A DNA stretch of 64,000 nucleotides from a virus, in IMG/VR virus record IMGVR_UViG_3300010397_000005, positions 1 through 64,000 of that record; one strand, written 5' to 3'. Position numbers and translations under genes: made by a program. The notes beneath the pieces were generated by a model. It was not told where the DNA came from, did no database searches, and saw only the letters and a program-made list of their open reading frames with translations. This document shows positions 18,575-27,633 of this stretch, one piece after another (positions within the stretch are counted from its first letter, which is position 1; every line of letters begins with the position of its first letter).

Positions 18575-19241
18575 GCTGAGCCTCCATTCCTTGCACGTGC
18601 GAAGGAGTTGTTAGCGCTCGCGCAGGAGACCAGCCTCGACGTATTCGACCGCGCAGAGTCCATTGATTAATACTGGATATTTCCGCCCACTCGGCTATGG
18701 TTCTACTCTGTCCGTTAAGGACCAGATTTCTATTATTGCTGGTGTTATTCATCTGTGTCTTAGCGGTCGCCCACTCACAGTTCTTCTTCCAGCTATTTGC
18801 TACACACTGATCACAATGACCACACCAGTAACCTCCGTCGTTATCAATCCGATTAATCGACATATTTCGCGGCTTATCGCCCATGTCGGTGTAGAAACTT
18901 TTAAAAGAAGTTCGCCAACCGTTACAGACCACAATCCCCCTGCCTGCGTAATTGACGAAGTGCTCGTAGGTAGGATCGTAGCAACGTCTACGAAGATTGC
19001 ACCAAGCCGTATAAGTTGACGATCCGCTTTTGCCGTGCGTTGAGTGGGTACGTTCACAACCACAGGCAGTAACTCGTCTATTCAGTACAGGGTACTTACT
19101 AACTACCTTCTTAGTACCGCAGTCACAGCGAACTACGATACATTGCTCTGAATTAGTGGTGGCGATCACAAGCAGGCTAGAAAACCTTTTGCCGACCAGT
19201 GCCGCTGCTGGAAACTGAACTTTTCTACCAGCTTTGTCCAT
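18567..19241 (-). CDS. HNH-type homing endonuclease
   Basis: RCDCG...ACGC...TYTAW.NLRRRC...YAGRGIVVC...SINRIDND...NCEWAT..QMNN, C-terminal HTH-like segment; locally lower GC. Confidence 0.8.
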   Translation of the reverse strand: MDKAGRKVQFPAAALVGKRFSSLLVIATTNSEQCIVVRCDCGTKKVVSKYPVLNRRVTACGCERTHSTHGKSGSSTYTAWCNLRRRCYDPTYEHFVNYAGRGIVVCNGWRTSFKSFYTDMGDKPRNMSINRIDNDGGYWCGHCDQCVANSWKKNCEWATAKTQMNNTSNNRNLVLNGQSRTIAEWAEISSINQWTLRGRIRRGWSPARALTTPSHVQGMEAQLG

Positions 19242-19485
19242 TGGTTGGTCTCGCTCCCTTACAATGATCTATCCGTACGTATTCAATGTCGGTATCGTAG
19301 ATCTTGTCCTGACACCACGACGCTTCACTCCAGTCAACTTCCTTCATCTCGCGCGCACTGGTCACGTCGTCGCCGACCTGTAGCCAGATTCGCTCAGGCG
19401 CGGCGCTGATTCGCTGAACTTCGGCTTTCTTCATCGGTTGCCTTTCGCTGGTTCCAACACGACTGACAACTCCCGTCAGGTGCAA
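19225..19485 (-). CDS. Hypothetical protein
   Basis: APERIWLQVG...SWCQDKI...DIEYVR pattern typical of small phage ORFs. Confidence 0.55.
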   Translation of the reverse strand: MHLTGVVSRVGTSERQPMKKAEVQRISAAPERIWLQVGDDVTSAREMKEVDWSEASWCQDKIYDTDIEYVRIDHCKGARPTNGQSW

Positions 19486-19583
19486 TCCACTCCACCCTCA
19501 CCCACTGCGGCGTGTTGATGCGTGCCTTGATCGGCCGCTGGCACTCGACGCAGAGGAGGAGGATGTCGGAGAGGTAGAGATCG

Positions 19584-19796
19584 TCATCGAGTGACATATT
19601 TTTCCACCAGATCACGTAACCACTGAAGTTGAGGTTCACTGCACCCCCACCGCGCTACTTTCTCCGGCATGTCCTCGACGAAGGCCAGTTCACGCGCATT
19701 CATCCGCGCGGTGCAGTCTTCAAGCAGCGCGAGGCACTTGTAGGCGCTGCGGTTACGCTCGTCGGGGGTTAGGACGTTGTCACGTTGGAAGCCCAC
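19584..19796 (-). CDS. Hypothetical protein
   Basis: SEPQLQWLRDL motif, operon context. Confidence 0.55.
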   Translation of the reverse strand: MGFQRDNVLTPDERNRSAYKCLALLEDCTARMNARELAFVEDMPEKVARWGCSEPQLQWLRDLVEKYVTR

Positions 19797-19799
19797 GGC

Positions 19800-20207
19800 T
19801 CACACCTCCCTGAGAAACACTTCCACCTTCTGTTTCTCGCTATCCACTGAATCCCAGCTACCAAACTTCGCTCGTTTATCATTGAATCCGGCCTTTGCCG
19901 CGATGAGATCGATCAACGGCTTCACTGCGTTATGGGTGTCGAACTCCCTGAGCTTCCCGTTGGCGTAGTAGAAAGGGTAGTGGAAGACCGTGTCGATTCG
20001 GATTAACGATGACTCCGACTGCAACTGAATCCTCGGTACGAATATCGCCGCATCGTTCTTCCACTTGCGCACTTCCGGCTTCAGTTCCACTCTCCGCTGC
20101 GAGTAGATGATCTGATGCAACGAATTCACCGAGGGAAAGGCCAGTGGAATTGTGAAGCGAACCTCGAACCCTCCACTGTTTGCGCTGGCCTTTCCCTCGC
20201 CCCCCAT
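19800..20207 (-). CDS. rusA: RusA-family Holliday junction resolvase
   Basis: FPSVN...WK...FDTHNAVKPLIDLI...FNDK...KVEVFL. Confidence 0.78.
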   Translation of the reverse strand: MGGEGKASANSGGFEVRFTIPLAFPSVNSLHQIIYSQRRVELKPEVRKWKNDAAIFVPRIQLQSESSLIRIDTVFHYPFYYANGKLREFDTHNAVKPLIDLIAAKAGFNDKRAKFGSWDSVDSEKQKVEVFLREV

Positions 20208-20211
20208 CGAA

Positions 20212-20796
20212 CTACCCTGCCTCCACGCTGCGAAAGTTCTTCACCTCGTTGCGATATTCCCCAGTCCCTACCCACTTCGTCTGACCTTCTGGCGGTGGCG
20301 ATTGAATCTCTCTCCGCGTAACATCCGCGAACACTTCCCGGCCCGTTAGCTCGATAAGGAAGTTATCGTTGATCTTCGGCGGTGCAGCTGGATCGAATCC
20401 CATCGCCTTAAGAAACACCTTTGTGTCAAACCGCGCCTTCGTCTTGTAATTCTCTGTATCCAATTCCGGGTAGTCGCGCGTGTTCGCAATGAGGAGGAGA
20501 TCTTGAAACATATGCTTCCCTTTGTACTTCCCTTCCTCGTTGACGCCATCGACGATGACGAGGTCTAGCGCGAGAAACTTCTTGCGCCAACTCGCCTCCC
20601 CGTCCTTCTGATACGGTCGCACTGCGGCTTTGCGAATCTCAAATCGCACTCGCTTCGCAGGCTCGATCACGTCGTTCCCTTGCTGGGTCGAGAGATCGCC
20701 TACGTCCACTTCGTCCGTCACATCAAACCCGCCGCTGCTGTCACTGTCGCTATCGCCATAGTCCAGCGCTTCGCCCGTGCCTGTTGCTGATTCCAT
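20212..20796 (-). CDS. Putative ssDNA-binding protein (DUF669-like)
   Basis: Acidic N-terminus, YKGKHMFQDL, YRNEVKNF end; adjacent to AAA_24 and exonuclease genes. Confidence 0.62.
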   Translation of the reverse strand: MESATGTGEALDYGDSDSDSSGGFDVTDEVDVGDLSTQQGNDVIEPAKRVRFEIRKAAVRPYQKDGEASWRKKFLALDLVIVDGVNEEGKYKGKHMFQDLLLIANTRDYPELDTENYKTKARFDTKVFLKAMGFDPAAPPKINDNFLIELTGREVFADVTRREIQSPPPEGQTKWVGTGEYRNEVKNFRSVEAG

Positions 20797-20866
20797 TTGA
20801 GTTGATTCTCCTTCAGTTGAGTTGTTGAATTTAGCCTATCTGTAAAGTTTCAGGTTACGTCCGGTG

Positions 20867-21811
20867 TCACGCGCCCGCTGTTGTGGGCCTCGCTTGTGAC
20901 GGCTGCGACGGAGTGGCCGCAGCTTGTTCCCGCTTGATCTTCAAGGAGTGAGCGATCGCTTCGTAGAGCGTGGTGCCGTTCAGGTTGAGCCGCGCTGGGA
21001 GCCCGTAGCGGTTCTTGGCGTTCACGATGCCGCCGTAGCCCCGCGTCATGTCGCAGAGTGCGTCGTAGATGATCTTCCCGCTGCTGTCCTTAGCCAGCGT
21101 TTTCTCCAAGTAGAGGTCAGCTCCAACCAACCCGCTCAGCTTGTTGCGAAACCCGCCCTCGATCTGCGCGGCGAGGTCGGAGTTGGTCATGACCTTCTTA
21201 GCGCGGTTCTTGATGTTCGCGTTGCCATGCACCTGCTCCTCGGATTCACGCTTCAGGTGCGTGGTGAGGATGACGTTGAGCGAATTCCGCGTCGCCACTG
21301 TCATCAAATCACTCGCGACGAAGCGATGCAGGTATAAGCCCAAATTGCGGTACATAGCCTGCGTGTCGATGTTGCCAGTGGTGGCGGACTTCGCTACCTC
21401 GTATTCGTTGATCTGCCGCCACTTCATGTCCACGAAGTAGGTGAAGCCGTCGATCACGAGAGTTTCAATCGCGCCAGCCGCCGCCAACTCCTTCGCGTGA
21501 GCAATGCAGCCGTAGACCGAGCCGCGCTCGTCCGTCTTCGCCGTCTCGCGAAACATCTCCCGTAGTTCCTCTTTGGCGTGATTATGCAACTCCTCGTACT
21601 CAACGAGGTTGGCGAGGAACTTGGCGTTATCGGGCTGGCGGATCGTCTCCAATCCGGCTGGGTCGCAGGAGATCACGTAGCACTTGGGGAAGCTGAGCGA
21701 TTGCAGCGTCTTCCCCGTGCCGAAGAAGCCGGAGATGTTGAGCGTGAGCGCGGGGCGTCGCGCAATGAAGTCGTTTTTAGTTGGCATCGGAATAGTCTCA
21801 CCTTTCGTCAA
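20867..21811 (-). CDS. AAA_24/Sak4-like recombination ATPase
   Basis: GFFGTGKT Walker A, LVIDG, ILTTH, AKNRYGLP. Confidence 0.8.
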   Translation of the reverse strand: MTKGETIPMPTKNDFIARRPALTLNISGFFGTGKTLQSLSFPKCYVISCDPAGLETIRQPDNAKFLANLVEYEELHNHAKEELREMFRETAKTDERGSVYGCIAHAKELAAAGAIETLVIDGFTYFVDMKWRQINEYEVAKSATTGNIDTQAMYRNLGLYLHRFVASDLMTVATRNSLNVILTTHLKRESEEQVHGNANIKNRAKKVMTNSDLAAQIEGGFRNKLSGLVGADLYLEKTLAKDSSGKIIYDALCDMTRGYGGIVNAKNRYGLPARLNLNGTTLYEAIAHSLKIKREQAAATPSQPSQARPTTAGA

Positions 21812-21860
21812 GGCCGCAGCGCGTGGCTATCGGCAGGTTGCGTAACAGTTGCCGCGCTTG

Positions 21861-22835
21861 TCAAACTTCGATCTCAAACTCCGCCTGCTCGACTACCTTT
21901 GTCGCCGAGCACTCGCCGTCGTGGCCCAGTTGCAGCGCACAGTGCTCGTCAGCGTCGAGTAGCGCGTCACAGGCTTGATAGTACTGGATGCGAATCAACT
22001 CGCGATCGTCCTGCGACTGCCACTCCGGCTCGTCATCCCACACCCACCCCGCCTTGCAGATCGGCCTGTACTGGCAGCGCCAGCAGGAGTCGGTGTTTGT
22101 GCGCCAGAAACCAGCCGCTCGACTGCGCTCGATGTCTGCGATCCACGCCGCTCGACTGGCACGCTCGTACTCGATCTGTTCAGTTCTCCGATTGAACGTC
22201 TGCCGCTCGAAGTTGCACCAGAACCCGGCCACGGGTGCGTTCTTGCTCGCCTTCTGGTTAAACCGGAACGAGATGGCGTTAATGATAAACCCCTCGATTG
22301 GGCCATACTTACTGGAGCCGTAGTCGAGATAGTGCGTGATCTGGCTGTTCGGCTCAAACCGCTCCCAGTACTTGTAGTTGAGGTACTGACCTGTGGTCTT
22401 GTGGTCCATTAGGTAGATGCCACCGTGCGCCAGGTTCTCCAGTACGATGTCCGGCCTCACGCTCCACGGGTCATCGCTCCGGGTTTCGATCTCCAGTACT
22501 CGCCACTGCCTGTCGTCCACCGCCCAGCGCTTCACGTACTCGCGTAGCGCCGTAATGCCGTTCTGGCGCGTCTTTGCCTTATCGTTCATGTCCAGTTGGC
22601 GTGGGTAGTGGGCCAGAAACGCATCCTGCGCCTCACGCAGCGTCCCGCCTCGGTAGACCACTTCCAGCCCCTTGTGAAAGGCATGTCCGTAGCGCAGGTG
22701 GTGGTCCCCGGTTTCGTCGTCCAGCGCGCGCAGTTGCAGATCCCAGAAGAAGCGGTACTGTAAGGGACAGTTTTTGTAAGACTGGAGCTGGCTGTTTGAG
22801 TAGGCCGTAGTTGAACTGTGCTGGGGGATCGTCAT
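21861..22835 (-). CDS. PD-(D/E)XK exonuclease (Cas4/AddB-like)
   Basis: SNSQL..YKNCP, GHAFH, PD...MDHKT, Q...Y, CWRCQYRPIC. Confidence 0.85.
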   Translation of the reverse strand: MTIPQHSSTTAYSNSQLQSYKNCPLQYRFFWDLQLRALDDETGDHHLRYGHAFHKGLEVVYRGGTLREAQDAFLAHYPRQLDMNDKAKTRQNGITALREYVKRWAVDDRQWRVLEIETRSDDPWSVRPDIVLENLAHGGIYLMDHKTTGQYLNYKYWERFEPNSQITHYLDYGSSKYGPIEGFIINAISFRFNQKASKNAPVAGFWCNFERQTFNRRTEQIEYERASRAAWIADIERSRAAGFWRTNTDSCWRCQYRPICKAGWVWDDEPEWQSQDDRELIRIQYYQACDALLDADEHCALQLGHDGECSATKVVEQAEFEIEV

Positions 22836-22845
22836 AGCGAGAGGC

Positions 22846-22930
22846 ACTTTACACGAGCGTCAACTCGATGTCAATAGGTAAATCGTTAAATCTGAAAATA
22901 AGTTGACAGTAGTGGAAATCCGCGTAGAAT
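22846..22930. promoter_or_regulatory. Divergent sigma70-type promoters
   Basis: Minus: TTGACA(22874-69)-17-TAAAGT(22851-46). Plus: TTGACA(22903-08)-16-TAGAAT(22925-30). Confidence 0.7.
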
Positions 22931-22939
22931 ACCTGCGCA

Positions 22940-23152
22940 ATGATGGAATACTGTACAATCAAAGGCGGCGCAGAGATTCTAAAGGTTTCCCGGCCCACGG
23001 TCTACAAGTTTATTTCCGAGGGGAAGCTGGGCGTGTATCACGTGTTGGGACGGCCCGCGCTGAAGCTGACGGAAGTTAACCGAGTAGCACGCATCAGGGC
23101 AAAACGGGCTAAGAAGTCTAACCAGAACAGTAACGGTAATGGCTACAGATAA
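22940..23152 (+). CDS. Excisionase-like HTH_17 DNA-binding protein
   Basis: TIKGGAEILKVSRPTVYKFISEGKL. Confidence 0.8.
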   Translation: MMEYCTIKGGAEILKVSRPTVYKFISEGKLGVYHVLGRPALKLTEVNRVARIRAKRAKKSNQNSNGNGYR

Positions 23153-23176
23153 CCTGTAACAATTTAGTCCTATAAA

Positions 23177-24646
23177 ATGGCAAAATCCCCCGCAGGTAAA
23201 CATGCCTTAAAAGCGGCCCCGTCTGCTGCTGATGCGTCACCATCAAAACCCGTTGATTACTTCACCCATACCGATGAAGGGAACGTTGATCGCTTCATCG
23301 CCGCCTACAGCAATCGAATTCGGTACGACGAAACCCGTGATAAGTGGTACCTCTGGCGTGAGCACTGGTGGAAAGAAGTCGGTTACAGCGTAATTCACGA
23401 AGCGGCATCGAAACTGGTGCGCGGCCTGCACGACAAAGCAACCGAGCAAAACCACGACTCACTCGCCCTCTGGCTGTACAAGTCCATGTCCGGTAGTCAC
23501 ATTCGCGAAATGATTAACCGGGCAAAGTTGATTCTACCTATCTGCGTACGGGAGAGCGGCACGTGGAACAGGAATCCGTGGCTACTGGGGGTAGGTAACG
23601 GGGTGGTGGACTTGCGCACGGGGGAGCTGTGCAAGGGCGCGAAGTCAGATTACGTTAACTGCCACAGCCAGATCACCTTTGACCCGTCTGCGGTCGCGAC
23701 AGTGTTTCCCGCCAGTCTCCGGCAAATCTTCTGCGAGCGCGAGGACTTGATCGACTATGTGCTTACCGCCTTCGGGTACGCGCTCACGGGGCTGACTAAC
23801 GAGCGCACGATGTTCATCCTGCACGGCTCCGGTTCCAACGGGAAGTCGAAACTACTGGAACTGCTCGCCTACATCCTCGGCGACGGGGAAGCGGGATATG
23901 CTAAGTCGGTTCCAGCAAACTCCCTCAAGCCAGACAATCGCGGCAACCCGGACGCGCCGCGCAACGATCTTGCCACTATCGCCGATGCGCGACTTGTACT
24001 CGTCAACGAATCCGACCTCAAGCAAGGCGTCGCGGAGTCAATGGTCAAATGGCTCACGGGTGGTGACATGATCAGCGCTCGGTTCAACCACGGTAAACCA
24101 TTTCAATACAGGCCTCGCTATAAAATCTTTCTCTCCTGCAATCACCGTCCAGTCGTGCGTGGCACCGACGCAGCGATCTGGAACCGTCTCCCGCTCATTC
24201 CATTTGAAGCAAAGTTTGAAGGCGCGAGCGAGGACATCTACCTGATTGATAAGTGGAAAGCGGAAGCGTCAGGGATTCTTAACCTTCTCATCCAGTACTG
24301 CCTCAAATGGCAGCAATCCCGCCTTCAACGTCCCGAATGTATCACAGTTGCCTCAAGTGAATATCGCACCCAGTCCAATCCGATCGCGCCATTCCTCGAC
24401 GCTTGCTGCTCCTACGACCCCGAGAAAATTAAGGATTCCACTTTCAGGGACGGAGTCGAACCCGGTGACCTATGGGAACACTATGTCCTGTATTGTCATA
24501 AAGTTAGAGAGAAGCCAGACGATGTAAGGAAATTCAAGGCAAACATGGAAGCCTTCGGTTTTGAACAGGTCAGAATGAACGCTCGACGCGTCTGGCGCGG
24601 GGTGTTTATGGAAAAAGCCGAGGAAATTCAAGTTGATACACTATAA
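23177..24646 (+). CDS. D5/P4-family SF3 helicase (D5_N plus ATPase, no primase domain)
   Basis: TDEGNVDRF, NGVVDLRTGEL, GSGSNGKS, VKWLTGGD.ISAR, CNHRP, AIWNRL. Confidence 0.9.
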   Translation: MAKSPAGKHALKAAPSAADASPSKPVDYFTHTDEGNVDRFIAAYSNRIRYDETRDKWYLWREHWWKEVGYSVIHEAASKLVRGLHDKATEQNHDSLALWLYKSMSGSHIREMINRAKLILPICVRESGTWNRNPWLLGVGNGVVDLRTGELCKGAKSDYVNCHSQITFDPSAVATVFPASLRQIFCEREDLIDYVLTAFGYALTGLTNERTMFILHGSGSNGKSKLLELLAYILGDGEAGYAKSVPANSLKPDNRGNPDAPRNDLATIADARLVLVNESDLKQGVAESMVKWLTGGDMISARFNHGKPFQYRPRYKIFLSCNHRPVVRGTDAAIWNRLPLIPFEAKFEGASEDIYLIDKWKAEASGILNLLIQYCLKWQQSRLQRPECITVASSEYRTQSNPIAPFLDACCSYDPEKIKDSTFRDGVEPGDLWEHYVLYCHKVREKPDDVRKFKANMEAFGFEQVRMNARRVWRGVFMEKAEEIQVDTL

Positions 24647-24649
24647 GGG

Positions 24650-24893
24650 GTGACAGCGGTGACAGATGCGTGACAGATACCTGTCACCGCTTAACTCCTT
24701 TATCTTCTTTAATTAAACACGTTAGTGACAGAGTGACAGGTATAGTTAACGAAATACGCACACGCGCGCGCGCATGTGAGAGAAAATTTCGCACATTATC
24801 TGTCACTCTGTCACTTTTCTATCTAAATGGTTGATATATAGGAGGTTAACTCGTGACAGGTACCTGTCACCTATCTGTCACGGATGCTGTCAC
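24650..24893. repeat. Putative replication origin with 12 GTGACAG iterons in two-fold symmetry
   Basis: GTGACAG at 24650, 24659, 24670, 24725, 24733, 24853; CTGTCAC at 24681, 24800, 24808, 24864, 24875, 24887; AT-rich spacers; directly downstream of the D5 helicase. Confidence 0.8.
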
Positions 24894-24909
24894 GCGAAAA
24901 GCTAAATTC

Positions 24910-25222
24910 TCATTTTCCTAAGAATTTCCCACAGATCGGTCCCATGCCACGCTCGACCGAATCGGGGTTTTTCAGCGAGCGTCGGCAGACGAGGCAGCGA
25001 CGGCAGATTCGCATGAGTTCGATTGCGCGAGCACGAGGCATCCGATCCTCCGGGTAAAGTCGATAGACTGCACCTTGAGCGTATTCGACGGTGATCCCAG
25101 AACGATCGATCTTCACCAACTGTTCCGCGTACAGTCGCTGCCCGTCATGGGTCGGACGCACGAGGAAGATGCCATCAACGGACTCGTACAGTCCCGGTTC
25201 GGTTAATCGCTGGAGCCTTCAT
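24910..25222 (-). CDS. DUF6011-like Zn-finger protein with a frame anomaly at the 5' end
   Basis: TEPGLY...RLYA...CLVCRRSLKNPDSVERGMGPIC; ATG at 25222 is out of frame by one base. Confidence 0.62.
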
Positions 25223-26595
25223 ATCCATCGCGCCACGCGCGGATCGACTTTGCACCGCCTCACCAGTAGTCCTTCGTCCCCGACGATCCGCAGTCCCTCC
25301 GGTGTGCGGCAGCGACTGACCGCGACGTAGGTCATGGCCGGAGACGAGAAGAAGTGGTTGCGCAGGTCAAGTTGAACTCGGTCCAGCGTGAGCCCCTGCG
25401 ACTTGTGGACCGTGCTCGCCCAAGCGAGGCGCAGTGGGAGGTACTGCACCTCGCCGATGACATACCGCTCCGCCTTCTCGTCAAAGTACGGCTGACCCCA
25501 GACTGAAACTGCCGCCAGCTTCCCGCACTCGTCGGGATCGACGGTGTGGACCTTGCGTGTGATCGCGCCCACGCTGACCACCTCGTCGTTCCGGGCGAGG
25601 CGCACTTGCACAGTGGTCGCGTCCCGGCCCACGATCAGCCCGCAGTCCCCGTTGGCGTAGGCAAACTCCCCGGAGCCTGTGTCATTGGCGAGGATCATCA
25701 CGTAGGCTCCGATCTTCAACTCCAGTCGCTGCGGGATGTAGTTCCACTCACTCGGTGGTCGGGCCACGTGCCAGCGCTTGCTGTTGACGACGAACTTCTC
25801 GCCGCGCACCCGTTGCAGCGCCTGCCAGTTGAACCTGTCCACTTCGTCGTTCTTCGCCATGATGGTTGTGCCGGGGAAGTGGAGGTCGAGGGCTGACGAG
25901 AATTCAGTCGCAGTTGTATGCAGAGCCGCTGCTCCAGCCTCCCCCTCCCCAGCGCGCAGGTGGTTGATCGACCGCAGGAACTGCTCATCCCCCTGCCGCC
26001 AGTTCTTCTCCAGTCGCTCAGTGCCTGCGTCAAACTCCGGCCAGCACTCGGCTTCAAAGATCCACCGGGCCTTGATCGGCGGGAGTTGGCATAGGTCGCC
26101 CACCAGCACCAATCCCAGCCCCTCCGGGTTGCGCGACTTCGTCACAGCCTTGCGCTGGTTCGCCTCCATCACCGCTTGGTACAGCGTGTCCAACTGCTCG
26201 GCTGGCATCATGCTCACTTCGTCAATGTAGAGGTTGCGGTAGGACTGCGCGATCTTTGCCAGTCGAGTCACCAACCTCCCACTCACGAACGCATTCACCA
26301 TCGAATCCGTGTCGAAGTAACGGAGCTGCGAGTTGATCGTCACTGTGCCGAGGTTCACCCCTGCGATCCCGGTCGTGGCGCACAGCAACCCCTCGCACGG
26401 ATCGTTGCGGATGCGCTCTCGCACTTGGTAGGTTTTTCCAGTCCCAGCCGCCCCGGTCAGGAACGCACAGCGCGGCGGGGTCAGGCCAAAGTCAAGGTCG
26501 ATCTCGTCTCCGTCAGGTGCGTCGTCGGTTGTGGCGGCTGTCGGCGCAGTCTGAAGTAGCTCAACTTCCTCATCATCAAACACGTCTTCACTCAT
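25219..26595 (-). CDS. PIF1/RecD-like SF1B DNA helicase
   Basis: TGAAGTGKT, IDEVSM, GDLCQLPP, NWRQ, NGDCG, PLRLAWASTVHKSQGLTLD, YVAVSR. Confidence 0.92.
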   Translation of the reverse strand: MSEDVFDDEEVELLQTAPTAATTDDAPDGDEIDLDFGLTPPRCAFLTGAAGTGKTYQVRERIRNDPCEGLLCATTGIAGVNLGTVTINSQLRYFDTDSMVNAFVSGRLVTRLAKIAQSYRNLYIDEVSMMPAEQLDTLYQAVMEANQRKAVTKSRNPEGLGLVLVGDLCQLPPIKARWIFEAECWPEFDAGTERLEKNWRQGDEQFLRSINHLRAGEGEAGAAALHTTATEFSSALDLHFPGTTIMAKNDEVDRFNWQALQRVRGEKFVVNSKRWHVARPPSEWNYIPQRLELKIGAYVMILANDTGSGEFAYANGDCGLIVGRDATTVQVRLARNDEVVSVGAITRKVHTVDPDECGKLAAVSVWGQPYFDEKAERYVIGEVQYLPLRLAWASTVHKSQGLTLDRVQLDLRNHFFSSPAMTYVAVSRCRTPEGLRIVGDEGLLVRRCKVDPRVARWI

Positions 26596-27482
26596 CGTTC
26601 CCCACCTTCCCCTCTTCCTTTTAGTTGTTCAAGCGCAGCCAGTAGTGACTTGTGCGCGGCTTCTAGATAGCTTTTCGCTGCTACCCATGCTGTTGCGTCA
26701 GACTCCGGTATTTCGCCGAGTACCTGCGGATGACGACGTTTGACGACTTCGACTGCTTCTCCAATAGCATCAGCGCGGGTGGTTCGCAGTTCGTGCTCGA
26801 CTACTTGGTAAATCTTGAGCAATGCTTGGTCTTCGATTCCCTCGTCAGGCAGTAACAATGCAATGTGGTATTGCCAATCGGGCTGCGCTCCCGCGATGCG
26901 AACCGAGTCGATCACTGCGGCTTGTGCAATTACGATAGATAGATGATCGCAAGCCGATTCGTAACCGCCCATCCACACGCAGTCATTGCCTTTTGCCGCT
27001 TCCGGTGCCCGCTTAAATTCATCTCGCGCCATTTCTGCCGCTCGTAACATCCCCGCTCTAAAACCATCGTAGTTTTTCATTGAAGTATCTCCCTGATGGC
27101 TTAATCGCGGCGCGGCGTCAAAACCGGAAAGTCGCTCTACCTCACCTTTAAGCCGCTCGACTTCAGCGGTGAACGCGTTGATTTCAAACGCAGCACGGCC
27201 AGCCAGATCCTTTAACTGTTCTCTACCCTCAAGCCAGTCTGCGTTTAGTGCGTCGTAGCGACTGCGAGGTACTAAATCTGTCTGCTCGTAATCATTTATT
27301 TCCTGACGGAGCGGTGAGTAGTGCGCCGCGATGCGGCCATTGATTCGCTCGCACTTCGCGCACGTACCATCGGCCCTAAGTTCGGAACCATCGCACTCCA
27401 GTTGAGTTCCGTTCAGGGGATATTGCGGCAAGTGAATCTGGTTAGTGGCGGACTGTAATTCGTGGTCTTTTATTAGGGTCAT
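26592..27482 (-). CDS. Hypothetical mosaic early protein
   Basis: 296-aa ORF, ATGA junction with the helicase. Confidence 0.6.
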   Translation of the reverse strand: MTLIKDHELQSATNQIHLPQYPLNGTQLECDGSELRADGTCAKCERINGRIAAHYSPLRQEINDYEQTDLVPRSRYDALNADWLEGREQLKDLAGRAAFEINAFTAEVERLKGEVERLSGFDAAPRLSHQGDTSMKNYDGFRAGMLRAAEMARDEFKRAPEAAKGNDCVWMGGYESACDHLSIVIAQAAVIDSVRIAGAQPDWQYHIALLLPDEGIEDQALLKIYQVVEHELRTTRADAIGEAVEVVKRRHPQVLGEIPESDATAWVAAKSYLEAAHKSLLAALEQLKGRGEGGER

Positions 27483-27633
27483 ATCCGTTCTCTTTCATGT
27501 ACTTCGCCAGAGCGAGACGAATAAGAGTAGAGCGTGACTCGCCTGTTTTCAACGCAAGGGCGCTAAGGTTCAAATCCATTGCCTCGGTAAGAAAGATGGT
27601 CGTGCGGACCATCCGTTGCTTAGTTGCCTTCAC
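27442..27633 (-). CDS. Ribbon-helix-helix (CopG-like) regulator
   Basis: MVRTTIFLTE..D..L..LA..TG.SRS.LIR.AL. Confidence 0.75.
   Translation of the reverse strand: MKATKQRMVRTTIFLTEAMDLNLSALALKTGESRSTLIRLALAKYMKENGYDPNKRPRITVRH

Noticed and set aside
21861-22835. Cas4 as evidence of a CRISPR-Cas locus
   Set aside because: Sits with AAA_24, SSB-like and RusA genes as a standard phage recombination module; no array or other cas genes.
22940-23152. Excisionase implying an integration module
   Set aside because: No integrase or att site in the window; the HTH_17 gene is better read as a regulator of the replication operon. Lifestyle cannot be determined here.
24650-24893. CRISPR mini-array
   Set aside because: Repeats are 7 bp, in both orientations, with irregular spacing; an iteron origin fits better.
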